Under the pieces are notes generated by a model that ran no database searches, was not told where the DNA came from, and saw nothing but the letters and a program-made list of their open reading frames with translations. DNA of 64,000 nt from Candidatus Omnitrophota bacterium (lineage in GTDB: Bacteria > Omnitrophota > Gorgyraeia > 2-01-FULL-45-10). Every line of letters begins with the position of its first letter. Position 1 is the first letter of the stretch. The stretch covers positions 2,004 to 66,003 of the forward strand of contig JAQUSB010000003.1 of the NCBI GenBank assembly GCA_028715345.1. Reading direction: 5' to 3'. Position numbers and translations under genes: made by a program. Below are positions 8,356 to 17,406 of this stretch, one piece after another.

Positions 8356-9470
8356 AGTGCCCTCGTATTCGCTATCGCTATCTGCCCTATCGGTATGCCG
8401 ATATCGTTCACCGGAACGCTTCTTGGCGGATACACCTCCAGGCCTTTTGCCCTCAGCCCTTCCACCGCCCTGGCCGTAAGATATTTGTTCTGAAAAACAC
8501 CGCCGGACAACACGACTTTCTTCGTCTTAAACCGCTTGCTTAAGCCCGCCGATATTTTCACGATAATATCCGCTATCGTATTGTGAAATTTGCACGCGAT
8601 AACGGCTTTGTCCGTCTTTTTTGCCAGGTCTTTAACTACCCCTTTTATCAGCGGGGAAGTCTTTATTATAAGCTCTTTTCTTTCTTTTCCGATATCAAAA
8701 TCATACTTATCGCGGCAGCCCGTCCGGATCGTCTTTTCCAGCTCTATCGGCAGCTCGGCCTCCCGCGTAACGCGGTCTTTGGCTAAAATAAGGCTCGCCG
8801 CGCCGTCGAACAGCCTGCCCGCGCTCGACGTAAGCGGAGAATTTATATTTTTATCGATCATTTTCTTTATCACAGACGCGTCGGCGCGGTTTCGTTTCTT
8901 TACAATGGTCATGAACTTGGGGCCGAATGCGCCATACAGGTAACTTACGGCCATGCGCCACGGCTGCCTCACCGCCATATCTGCGCCGGGCATCGGATAA
9001 TATTCCAGGTGAGCGGCCCTGGTAAAGCCTTTCAGCGAGCCTGCAAAAAATTCACCGCCCCAGATATTTCCGTCCGTGCCGTAGCCCGTGCCGTCGAAAG
9101 CGACGCCTATCACGTCTGCTTTTATGTCATTGTCCGCGATCGAGGAAGCGATATGGGCTTCGTGGTGCTGTATCCTGCAAAGCCTCGTTCCTTTGGTTTT
9201 AAGCTGTAAACTCTCGGCGAAATGCGTCGAAAAGTAATCCGGATGAAGGTCGCAAGCTATCACCTGCGGTTTTATGCCGAATTTTTTGCGGTACAGATCG
9301 ACTTCGGCGGAATATCTCTTAAAATTACCGAGCTCGCCCAGGTCGCCGAGATCGTACACGAGGAACGCGTCTCTGCCGGCAGCCAGGGCAAACGCGCCCT
9401 TCAGGTCGGCCCCGCAGGCAAGTATCGGTTTTTTCACGCTAAACGGCAGCTTCATCCGTCGAGTAACCAT
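8346..9470 (-). CDS. hypF: HypF-like carbamoyltransferase, Kae1/YgjD-like C-terminal domain only (truncated architecture)
   Basis: C-terminal HypF motifs CDLHPDY and LSGGVFQN...VP.NDIGI..GQ. The acylphosphatase, Zn-finger and YrdC parts are absent. Probable start is ATG 9468-9470 or 9453-9455. The ORF track's longer GTG start at 9713 would run through the palindrome-rich intergenic region. Confidence 0.6.
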   Translation of the reverse strand: MVTRRMKLPFSVKKPILACGADLKGAFALAAGRDAFLVYDLGDLGELGNFKRYSAEVDLYRKKFGIKPQVIACDLHPDYFSTHFAESLQLKTKGTRLCRIQHHEAHIASSIADNDIKADVIGVAFDGTGYGTDGNIWGGEFFAGSLKGFTRAAHLEYYPMPGADMAVRQPWRMAVSYLYGAFGPKFMTIVKKRNRADASVIKKMIDKNINSPLTSSAGRLFDGAASLILAKDRVTREAELPIELEKTIRTGCRDKYDFDIGKERKELIIKTSPLIKGVVKDLAKKTDKAVIACKFHNTIADIIVKISAGLSKRFKTKKVVLSGGVFQNKYLTARAVEGLRAKGLEVYPPRSVPVNDIGIPIGQIAIANTRALCV

Positions 9471-9910
9471 GGTAATATTATAACAAATCACCGTCCCGCG
9501 GAGGGGAAAATTTTTCGCTGCCCCGTAAAAGAATTCCCTCGGGATTGTGCCTCGCGTGGACGCGCAATTTTCAACCATGTGAAAATTGCGCTCGGTAAAA
9601 TTTCTCGTACGCTGCCTCGAAATTTTAACGCCCCGCTCGGCACGAATCCCTGCGGAAATTCTTTTCACCGGAGATCGAAAAACTTTTTTTACTAGTGTAG
9701 AGAAAATTTTCACTTACACGGGATGGCAGAACTTTTGGGTGGTGCCGGAGCGAATCTTGAAATTTTCGATACCTTATGCCGATGCAGGCTTTACCATCGA
9801 AAATTTCACGACAGTGAGCGAGGATGGCTTCTTCCTTCGCGAACGACGAGCGGAGGCACCACCCGAAAGTAAATGCCTGACTGAGGTGAAAATTTTCTCG
9901 GAGCGAACCC
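9471..9910. promoter_or_regulatory. Intergenic region with about 9 copies of the self-complementary motif GAAAATTTTC (variants GAAATTTTC, GAAAATTTC)
   Basis: Motif copies near 9509, 9572, 9581, 9597, 9620, 9703, 9760, 9801 and 9890. Contains a 12-bp-stem hairpin 9562-9591 (gcgcaattttca-accatg-tgaaaattgcgc). No credible ORF. Lies upstream of the hypF start and downstream of the pdaD stop. Confidence 0.4.
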
Positions 9911-10480
9911 CTAGAAGAGAAACACTGCCGCGGCGACTACCGTGGAATAATTGCCGTCCGGGCCGACTACGGCGGATTGGGTGGTATTTGACGTGCGGAT
10001 GATCTTGTCGCTCAGCTGGTATATGGCCTTATTCTCGTCCCACGACTTATCCTCGTCGAATTCGAGGCCGAGGGTCGACGCCAACATTTCTACCGCCAGG
10101 TCTTCGGCGAGGTCCCCGGCCACTTTTTCGCTCTGGCCGAAGGCGTGGTGCTCGCTCAAGTACCCGTAGGCCTGCGGATCCGCCGGGACGGCACAGCCGA
10201 TCGACGCCGCGATAAGGCGGTGCGGCTCGTTGCCGTTGCACCTGGACATTACTGCATACGTTATCATCCCGGGATAAAGTTCTTTTAAGCCTTCGTTCCT
10301 GGAAACGACTTTGCACTCGGGCGGTAGTATGCTCGAGACATGGACGAGGTTGCACTTCTCTATACCCGCGTCGCGCAGAGCAAGCTCGAAGCTCCTCAAT
10401 TCCGCCTTGTGGGTGCCGACACCTTTAGTGAAGAACATCTTTTTGGGAACAAGCAGGTTTTTCCTGGGAACTAATAGCAT
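9911..10480 (-). CDS. pdaD: Pyruvoyl-dependent arginine decarboxylase
   Basis: FTKGVGTHK...SFELAL..AGI...[11 protein letters not shown] matches the PdaD family, including the serinolysis site region. Paired with the agmatinase gene. Confidence 0.7.
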   Translation of the reverse strand: MLLVPRKNLLVPKKMFFTKGVGTHKAELRSFELALRDAGIEKCNLVHVSSILPPECKVVSRNEGLKELYPGMITYAVMSRCNGNEPHRLIAASIGCAVPADPQAYGYLSEHHAFGQSEKVAGDLAEDLAVEMLASTLGLEFDEDKSWDENKAIYQLSDKIIRTSNTTQSAVVGPDGNYSTVVAAAVFLF

Positions 10481-10486
10481 CGCATA

Positions 10487-10596
10487 CCTTTCAAGTTTAT
10501 TCAGCCTAGGGTTAGCTAAGTGCCGATATCTCCGATATCGGCCAAGTTTATTCAGCCATAGGGTTAGCTAAGTGCCGAGGTCTTTAGACCTCGGCC
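10487..10596. repeat. Two tandem copies of a 52-bp unit, each ending in a short hairpin
   Basis: Unit: agtttattcagcc(t/at)agggttagctaagtgccga plus hairpin. Hairpin 1 is ccgatatc-tc-cgatatcgg. Hairpin 2 is ccgaggtc-ttta-gacctcgg, followed by a T-rich tail on the plus strand. Confidence 0.5.
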
Positions 10597-11480
10597 TATT
10601 TCTTTCCGTAGAATATATAGCCCAACAGCCTGTAAATAAGTTTCGCAGCGAAAAAGTCCGACGCTACCTGCCCTTTTATCGGGCATAGCTCCACCACGTC
10701 GAAACCCACCACCTTCTTGTCTTTAGCGACGTCCCTGAGAAGGTCGAGCACTTCATACCATCCCAACCCGCCCGGTTCGGGCGTCCCGACCGCCGGCATA
10801 AGCGCGGGATCGAAAACGTCAAGGTCTATAGATATGTACACATTTTCCGCAAGAGAGTTCGTGACCTTGTCTTTCCACATCGGCGTATCGAGTATATCGT
10901 AAACATCTATGGTCTTGACCTTGGCGCCCGGTCCCTGCGAGGAGAGAAAATCCTTCTCTTCCTTCGATATGCTCCTCATCCCCACCTGCACTAGCGGGCA
11001 GATCTCGCTGATCCGCCGCGCCACACAGCCGTGATTGAGTTTCGAACCGAAATATTCATTCCTGAGGTCGTTGTGCGCATCGAGATGCAGGACCGAAATA
11101 TCGGGGTATGTCTCTTTGAAAGCCTTCACCGCGCCTACGGAAACGGAGTGTTCGCCTCCGAGCATAACGGGGAACTTCCCTGCCTTAAGGAGCTCCAGGG
11201 TCGACGAATAGACTTTCGCTACCATCTCCTCCGGACTGAGCTTTTCGACTTCGAGAGGCTCCGCTGTATGGATGCCTATCTTGAACGTTTCCTGATTTAT
11301 TTCGTCGTCGTACAGCTCCAGATACCTGGAAGCGTCTATGATAGCGGCCGGGCCCGAAGCGGTGCCGTGGATATAGGTCGTCGTCTTATCATAAGGGGCC
11401 TGCATTATAGCGACCTTGGCCTTTTTAAAACTGGAATATTCGTCCGGGAGAGCTATGAAATTTTTATTTGTCTCGTCCAT
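10596..11480 (-). CDS. speB: Agmatinase (arginase/ureohydrolase family)
   Basis: 294 aa with arginase-fold Mn-binding motifs: GGEHS, DAHNDL, SIDLDVFDPA. Confidence 0.75.
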   Translation of the reverse strand: MDETNKNFIALPDEYSSFKKAKVAIMQAPYDKTTTYIHGTASGPAAIIDASRYLELYDDEINQETFKIGIHTAEPLEVEKLSPEEMVAKVYSSTLELLKAGKFPVMLGGEHSVSVGAVKAFKETYPDISVLHLDAHNDLRNEYFGSKLNHGCVARRISEICPLVQVGMRSISKEEKDFLSSQGPGAKVKTIDVYDILDTPMWKDKVTNSLAENVYISIDLDVFDPALMPAVGTPEPGGLGWYEVLDLLRDVAKDKKVVGFDVVELCPIKGQVASDFFAAKLIYRLLGYIFYGKK

Positions 11481-11481
11481 T

Positions 11482-12513
11482 TTAACCCTGCATCAGTTCC
11501 GACACGCGCCGGGTGGTTTCAAAAACTTTTTGCGCCGATTTTTCATCAAGGGTGCCTACTCCGCAGGATGGTGTAATCAAAGACGACACTACTCCTTTTT
11601 CAATTCCCTTGGTATGTAAAATCTGCATCCAGGCTTTTAACGCTTGCGTAATAATTTCCGCCGAATTTTTTTCTACGGCGTTCGAACTGGGGACGATGCC
11701 CCACGCCACAGCGCTGCCCCGCTCGAAAAATCCTTTTAATTCCGCCGCATACAACAAAAACTCTTTTGTAAAATTATAGGCGTCAAAATTTATTATGTCA
11801 ATACCTCTTTGCAGAAGGAACGACCAATCCGTATTGCCGCAGCAGTGCACACCGCACAGAGCGCCTTCCTCTTTAACGGCGCCTGCAACTTCTTCCAGAA
11901 TACCCGAAGCCAGCGCCTGGTCCATCATGACATACCCGGAGCCGAAGGATATCAGGTACGGCTCGTCGAGAAAAATTATTACATTGGGCGATAATTTCTT
12001 AAGCTGCCTTATCTGCCATCTGGCCTTCATGGCGAGAACTTTGGTCAGGACTTCTACCAGGTCTTTGTTATAAAATATGGATTCCTTATTCTGGTTCGTA
12101 AGCGTCATGGCATAGCTTATGGGGCCCGTTATATGCCCTTTGACGAATTTGGTTTCTTTAGGCAGGAACGCCTTCCTCCTTAAAAATTCATAAAAGCCCG
12201 CGGCATATTTTTCCGATATCCCGAAAAAATCGACATCCCCGTCGAGATATTTCCCGTACACCTTTTCGATATCGCCCATTATATCGGCCGTATCGACATG
12301 CACGGTTTTTTTGATCTCGTCCACTACGATGCCGGGTATATTCTCGGAATACTGGACGTACATATTTTCCAGATATGACAGGCGCGAAAGCTGTGGCCAG
12401 AACGGTATGGACGGGAAATTATCGAATATTACGTCGCAGGCCGCTTTCGGGTCTCTGAAAGGGACAGAGCCTATCCCTGTTGCCTCAAAATTGAATTTCA
12501 AGCCTTCTCCCAT
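11482..12513 (-). CDS. MetE/UroD-superfamily methyltransferase (cobalamin-independent methionine synthase C-terminal-domain-like)
   Basis: 343 aa, TIM-barrel-like. Possible Zn ligands at GVHCCGN and SCGVG. Confidence 0.4.
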   Translation of the reverse strand: MGEGLKFNFEATGIGSVPFRDPKAACDVIFDNFPSIPFWPQLSRLSYLENMYVQYSENIPGIVVDEIKKTVHVDTADIMGDIEKVYGKYLDGDVDFFGISEKYAAGFYEFLRRKAFLPKETKFVKGHITGPISYAMTLTNQNKESIFYNKDLVEVLTKVLAMKARWQIRQLKKLSPNVIIFLDEPYLISFGSGYVMMDQALASGILEEVAGAVKEEGALCGVHCCGNTDWSFLLQRGIDIINFDAYNFTKEFLLYAAELKGFFERGSAVAWGIVPSSNAVEKNSAEIITQALKAWMQILHTKGIEKGVVSSLITPSCGVGTLDEKSAQKVFETTRRVSELMQG

Positions 12514-13460
12514 TGGCTAAGCCGCTTGATCCTCTTAAGCATGTTGGGGTGGGTGCTCAGAAGTTCCATCAGTTTGTCGCCGAAACCGAGCTTTACGGTT
12601 TTATTCTGCAGGGCCATCAGCTCGCTGTCGGATATCGTGCCGGATCTGTCGAGATCCAGGTCCTTCAGGCTCTTCAATTCGTAAAGGGCACGGGACGGAT
12701 CGTTCGCGAAGAACGCCTTCATCCCTTCGACATCCTTGATCGCCTCTTTCGGCATCCTCGCCGACCCGTACACCAGTTTATACAAAGCCGACGCGAGCTG
12801 CGCCGGTTTATTACCGAGCTCGACCGAACCTTTATCGGCGAAATATTCGCGTATCCTCGACGCGTAAAGGACGAGCAGGTTCGTGAGGAAATAGAACAGG
12901 AACGCAATAAGCCCGACGACCATCGTGTTCGACTGGCCGCGGTCTCTCCTGTCCCCGAAGAACAGGAATTGCCACGCTATCCTGTAAAGTATTATCGGTA
13001 TCACCGAGAGTAGAGTTATAGTGAGAACGTCCCTGTTCTTTATATGGCTCATCTCGTGGCCCAGGACGGCCCTGAGCTCGTTCCTGTCGAGGAGGCCCAT
13101 GATGCCCTCGGTAACGCATATCCTCCCGTCCCTTATCGAACGTCCGAACGCGAAAGCGTTCGGGACGGAGATGCGCGCGATGCCGATGCGCGGAGCGGGT
13201 ATATTGGCGGCCATCGCGAGCGATTTGATCATCGACTGCAATTCCTGGTTCTCGCCCGCCTTCAGGTATCTCACCTGCATCGACCACTCGATAAGTTTCG
13301 GTCCCAACATATACTGGACCAGCATTATGACGAGCGACAATATAAGATAAAAATAGAAATTACCGATGCCGAGCGAATAGCTCACCATCGAGATTATCGC
13401 GTATATTATCGCGAAAAGGACCGCTGTAAGCAGCCACATCCTTAACCTCAAACCCCACAT
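12498..13460 (-). CDS. htpX: M48 family membrane zinc metalloprotease HtpX
   Basis: N-terminal transmembrane helices. HEMSH zinc motif (HExxH) in typical HtpX context. Confidence 0.75.
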   Translation of the reverse strand: MWGLRLRMWLLTAVLFAIIYAIISMVSYSLGIGNFYFYLILSLVIMLVQYMLGPKLIEWSMQVRYLKAGENQELQSMIKSLAMAANIPAPRIGIARISVPNAFAFGRSIRDGRICVTEGIMGLLDRNELRAVLGHEMSHIKNRDVLTITLLSVIPIILYRIAWQFLFFGDRRDRGQSNTMVVGLIAFLFYFLTNLLVLYASRIREYFADKGSVELGNKPAQLASALYKLVYGSARMPKEAIKDVEGMKAFFANDPSRALYELKSLKDLDLDRSGTISDSELMALQNKTVKLGFGDKLMELLSTHPNMLKRIKRLSQWEKA

Positions 13461-13483
13461 ATAACTACCCTCCGGATTTTACT

Positions 13484-14740
13484 TTACGCCTGTATGAATA
13501 CTTCCCGCGCCGCCAGCGCCGCCGCGCCCATAACTATAGCATCCTCGCCCAGGAAGCTGGGCACGATCTTCACTATACTGGCAGGCTCTTCGAACGCGAA
13601 CCTTTTGACCGAACTCTTTATAGGCTCGAAGAGAAGGTCTCCGGCGGCCTCCATCCCTCCCCCTATTATGACCATAGAAGGGTTGAGAAGGTCTATCATA
13701 TACGCTATCCTCACGCCGAGGTCCCTGCCGGCTTTGTCTAAAAGCTCTATAGCGAGCTTGTCGCCTTTTTTAGCGGCGCCTATGACTGCCTCTTTGGTTA
13801 TGGCATCGGCCTTACCTTTCGCCGTATTGAGTATTTCCGTTGCCTGGCCTTTCTGAACGGCCTTCTTCGCCTCATATACGACGCCGAGGTCCACTCCCCA
13901 CGGCCGCAGGTAAGCGAATTCTTTTATATACCCTTTATCGTCCGACTGCAGCCCGTTATAAGCTATCTGCGTCTCCCCCGCGCAGCCGCTCGACCCCGTA
14001 TAGACATCGCCGTTTATCACCATCCCGCACCCGACATCGGAGTACACGTAGATAATGTTATCGACGTCCGCGGAAGGATTTAGCGTCCTCTCGCCGAACG
14101 CCGCGCAGGAGGCGTCGTTGCCTATATATACGGATATATTGAATTTTTGCTCTATGGCTTTGGTGAATTTCAGGAAACTGACCCTCGTCCTGCCCCTGGC
14201 CGGATCCGTATCGCGGATAGTGCCGGACGGGTAATCTATTATGCCCGATATGCCTATGCCTATATTTTTTATGTCCGGCGCGTTTATTTTGCTCTTCGCG
14301 ATGACATCTTCTATCGCCTTCGTTACCTCCGGTATCAGTTCCTCCATATTCACGGGAGGGCGCGGCACCTTAACTTTGGCTATCACATTGACCTTGAGGT
14401 CCGCGACTATGGCCAATATATTCGTCGGGCTTATATCCACCCCGACGACATACCCGCTCTTCGCGTTCAATTCCAGAAGCTCCGGGCGCCTGCCGCCGGA
14501 AGAGGTGTCGAGCCCGACCTCGAGTATTATCCTTTTATTTATATAATAATCCGCGTAATTCGTAACGGTAACGATATTCGACCCGAGGACCCTCGATATC
14601 TCCGCCCTGGATATGGGCCCTTTCCTGCGTATCAGTTCCAGTATGGCAAGGTTGCGCCTCTCCCTGTCCTGCGTAATATGAAAGCTGAAGACGTTATCGC
14701 TATTCATTACCACCCCATATGTTTGGTTTTGGTAACGCAT
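13484..14740 (-). CDS. ROK family transcriptional regulator / sugar kinase (NagC/XylR-like)
   Basis: N-terminal winged-helix region (LAILELIRRKGPISRAEISRVLG), then a ROK glucokinase-like domain (GVDISPT, GIGISG, GNDASCAAFGE, CGCG). Confidence 0.65.
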   Translation of the reverse strand: MRYQNQTYGVVMNSDNVFSFHITQDRERRNLAILELIRRKGPISRAEISRVLGSNIVTVTNYADYYINKRIILEVGLDTSSGGRRPELLELNAKSGYVVGVDISPTNILAIVADLKVNVIAKVKVPRPPVNMEELIPEVTKAIEDVIAKSKINAPDIKNIGIGISGIIDYPSGTIRDTDPARGRTRVSFLKFTKAIEQKFNISVYIGNDASCAAFGERTLNPSADVDNIIYVYSDVGCGMVINGDVYTGSSGCAGETQIAYNGLQSDDKGYIKEFAYLRPWGVDLGVVYEAKKAVQKGQATEILNTAKGKADAITKEAVIGAAKKGDKLAIELLDKAGRDLGVRIAYMIDLLNPSMVIIGGGMEAAGDLLFEPIKSSVKRFAFEEPASIVKIVPSFLGEDAIVMGAAALAAREVFIQA

Positions 14741-15465
14741 ATATCTTTTAAGTATATGGTCGCCACGGAACTGTTGCCGGCCGTTAAAGTGCCGAATTCG
14801 AACCTTACGGCCGATATATTCTTCGTGTCTAACGCCTTTTTTATCGGCTTAAAATTGAGCGTGTAAACCTGCCAGCTTTTCGACAGATCGGATGATATAT
14901 CCCTCTCCGCCCTGTACGTCCTATTGTCCGAATCGACCAGCACTACCGTGAGGGATTCGTCCCCCGACTCGCCCCGGGCGGTATATTTTATATCCAGCTT
15001 AGTAAGGTCGAGCGGCTCTTTCAGGCGTATTTCATAATTTGCCCATCCGCTGCCCCTGGAATTGCACAGGATAAGCTCGTCGCCCTTGGCCCTGCTGAAC
15101 GTCCTGGCGTCGCCGGTGAAACCGGTATACTTTACTATGTATTTGTTCGGTTCCGATCCTTTTACGAGGTACAGGCCTTTCTCGCGGATGCTCCCGAATT
15201 TATCCGTCTCCGACGCCGCAAAAGACGGTATCTCGCCTAGTATCTTTATATTCACGTCTATATTGCTTTTGAAAAAAAGCAGCACTAACGCCAAGGCAAT
15301 AGCCGCGGCGGCTATGGCCCACGGGAACTTAGAAGGCGGCTTATGCCCTATCTTCTTATTTTTGTCCGAAACCTTGAGGTATATCTTTGCTATTTCTTCC
15401 TGGGCCGACGAACGCATTCTCTCTTTCTTAAAAGGGTTGTTCAGAGTCTCTATAATTTTACTCAT
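14707..15465 (-). CDS. Membrane-anchored protein with CBM-like beta-sandwich domain (paralog family 1 of 4)
   Basis: Start set at ATG 15463-15465 (MSKIIETLNN...), which overlaps the permease stop as TAATG. One transmembrane helix, then a domain sharing motifs with the N-termini of genes at 17407, 27581 and 29942. Confidence 0.4.
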   Translation of the reverse strand: MSKIIETLNNPFKKERMRSSAQEEIAKIYLKVSDKNKKIGHKPPSKFPWAIAAAAIALALVLLFFKSNIDVNIKILGEIPSFAASETDKFGSIREKGLYLVKGSEPNKYIVKYTGFTGDARTFSRAKGDELILCNSRGSGWANYEIRLKEPLDLTKLDIKYTARGESGDESLTVVLVDSDNRTYRAERDISSDLSKSWQVYTLNFKPIKKALDTKNISAVRFEFGTLTAGNSSVATIYLKDICVTKTKHMGW

Positions 15466-16349
15466 TATCCTTTCATTCCCGTAAGTTTTATCCCCTCGAT
15501 AAAGAATCGCTGATTGAACAGGAATACTATTATGATGGGAACCATCGTTATGAGCGAGCCCGCCATGAGCAGACCCCAATCCGGCTGGGCGTACTGGTAT
15601 AGCTCCTGAAAATATGCCAATCCTATCGGAAGCGTCCTCTTCTCTATGGAATTAGTGACGAGAAGCGGCCACATGAAACTGACCCAATTACCGAGCGATA
15701 CGAATATGGTCAAAGTGGCGAGCGCGGTATTGGAGAGCGGCAGTATCACTCTCCAGAATATGCCCCACAGGCTGCACCCGTCTATCTTTGCCGCGTCCTC
15801 GAGGTCACGCGGCAGGGTCATAAAGAACTGCCGCAGTAAAAACGTCCCGTAAGCGGTGAATATCGACGGTATTATAAGCGCCTTGTAAGTGTCGATCCAT
15901 CCGAATGTCCGCATCAGCGCGAATACCGGTATCATCGTGACCGAACCGGGTATCATCATCGTCGCAAGGTAAGCGAAGAATATCTTGTCCCTGCCGGGGA
16001 ACTGCAGGCGCGCGAAAGCGTACGCGGCGAGAGCGCTCGTAGCCACCTGCCCGAACGTGACCGCTACACATACGAATATGCTGTTTAAGTAAAACCTGGC
16101 GAACGGCACCACCTTCCAGACATCTACGTAATTTTTCCAATAAACGGGATCGGGAAGCCAATGGATATCTTTGAGGTTGAATATGAATACCGAATTGTAC
16201 GATTTAAGCGAGGTCGAGATCATCCATAAGAACGGAAGTATCATGGTGACGCCGCCCAGTATCAGGAAGCCGTATATAAGGCAGGCCTTCAAGATCTTTT
16301 TCTTCCTCGCGATCTTAACCTTATTTGCCAATGATCCTTCGTCACGCAT
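15465..16349 (-). CDS. Carbohydrate ABC transporter permease (MalG-like)
   Basis: 294 aa, 6 transmembrane helices, EAA-type permease loop. Confidence 0.7.
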   Translation of the reverse strand: MRDEGSLANKVKIARKKKILKACLIYGFLILGGVTMILPFLWMISTSLKSYNSVFIFNLKDIHWLPDPVYWKNYVDVWKVVPFARFYLNSIFVCVAVTFGQVATSALAAYAFARLQFPGRDKIFFAYLATMMIPGSVTMIPVFALMRTFGWIDTYKALIIPSIFTAYGTFLLRQFFMTLPRDLEDAAKIDGCSLWGIFWRVILPLSNTALATLTIFVSLGNWVSFMWPLLVTNSIEKRTLPIGLAYFQELYQYAQPDWGLLMAGSLITMVPIIIVFLFNQRFFIEGIKLTGMKG

Positions 16350-16364
16350 AACGCGGGCCTTCTA

Positions 16365-17309
16365 TTAGTAGTGTGAATATTGGACCAATTTGCCGCCGAA
16401 CCGCCAATTGAACATGGTCACCAAAAATACGATCACAAAAACGAACCACGCTATGCCGGCCGCGTAACCTACGTGCTGCCAGCTGTACAGGTGGTTGTAT
16501 ATAAGATATTCCAAAGTCGTCGTCGACCTGTCCGGGCCGCCCCCGGTCATTATATATGCCTGCATGAAACCGCCCTGGAACCCGCCGATAACAGACATAA
16601 CCGCTATAAAAAAAGTGGTAGGGCTTATCATCGGCCACGTTATCGACCAGAACCTGTCCCACGACCCCGCTCCGTCTATCTGAGCGGCTTCGTATAATTC
16701 ACGCGGGACACCCTGTAGGGCCGCCAGGAACAATATCATGTTATACCCGCCCATCATTATCCACAGGCCCATGATCATAAGCGACGGTTTGGCCCATGCC
16801 GTGGACGTAAGCCAGGGAATGCCCTGAAAATGGATGCCGAATAAATTGCCGAATTTTATGATCATATTGTTCAAAAGGCCAAAATCGAAATTATATATCC
16901 ATGCCCACAAAAGGCATATCGCCACGCCGTTTGTAATGGTGGGCAGAAAATAGATCGTTTTGAATAAATTTATCCCTTTTATCTTATTATTTACTATCAA
17001 AGCCAGCCCTAACGACGCCATTATCTGCAAAGGTATTATCATCATCAAATACAACGTATTACCGAGGCATTTCCAGAAAAGAGGATCGTTTGCGACAAAA
17101 GAGGCAGATTCTTTGTGAAATCCTATAAGATTAATAAAATTGGAAAGGCCGATAAATTTGGGGGGCGACAGCATATCCCAGCTGACAAAGCTTAAAACAA
17201 GCGATAATATCACGGGCACAAGGGTAAAAACCGCGAATCCCAGGAAATTCGGCAATACAAAGAGATACCCGGCGATCGCTTCTTTTTCAGAACTTTTTAA
17301 TTTTATCAA
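16365..17309 (-). CDS. Carbohydrate ABC transporter permease (MalF/UgpA-like)
   Basis: 314 aa polytopic permease with the EAAQIDGA motif. Confidence 0.7.
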   Translation of the reverse strand: MIKLKSSEKEAIAGYLFVLPNFLGFAVFTLVPVILSLVLSFVSWDMLSPPKFIGLSNFINLIGFHKESASFVANDPLFWKCLGNTLYLMMIIPLQIMASLGLALIVNNKIKGINLFKTIYFLPTITNGVAICLLWAWIYNFDFGLLNNMIIKFGNLFGIHFQGIPWLTSTAWAKPSLMIMGLWIMMGGYNMILFLAALQGVPRELYEAAQIDGAGSWDRFWSITWPMISPTTFFIAVMSVIGGFQGGFMQAYIMTGGGPDRSTTTLEYLIYNHLYSWQHVGYAAGIAWFVFVIVFLVTMFNWRFGGKLVQYSHY

Positions 17310-17406
17310 CTAAGTATCCTCAAAATCCTCTGAAAAGATAACAATTGGGATAATATTTGAGAAACTTCTGTAGAATATTATATCACAAGAAGGATAAGTT
17401 ACAATA

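Noticed and set aside
8346-9713. The longer HypF ORF from the ORF track (GTG start at 9711-9713).
   Set aside because: The extra 80 codons run through the palindrome-rich intergenic region, are Arg/Ser/Thr-rich with no HypF-like sequence, and contain the 12-bp-stem hairpin. The internal ATG at 9470 or 9455 is preferred.
9471-9910. CRISPR array or tandem minisatellite in the hypF-pdaD gap.
   Set aside because: The repeats are short (10 bp), palindromic, irregularly spaced and non-identical, with no regular spacer structure. This is not CRISPR-like.
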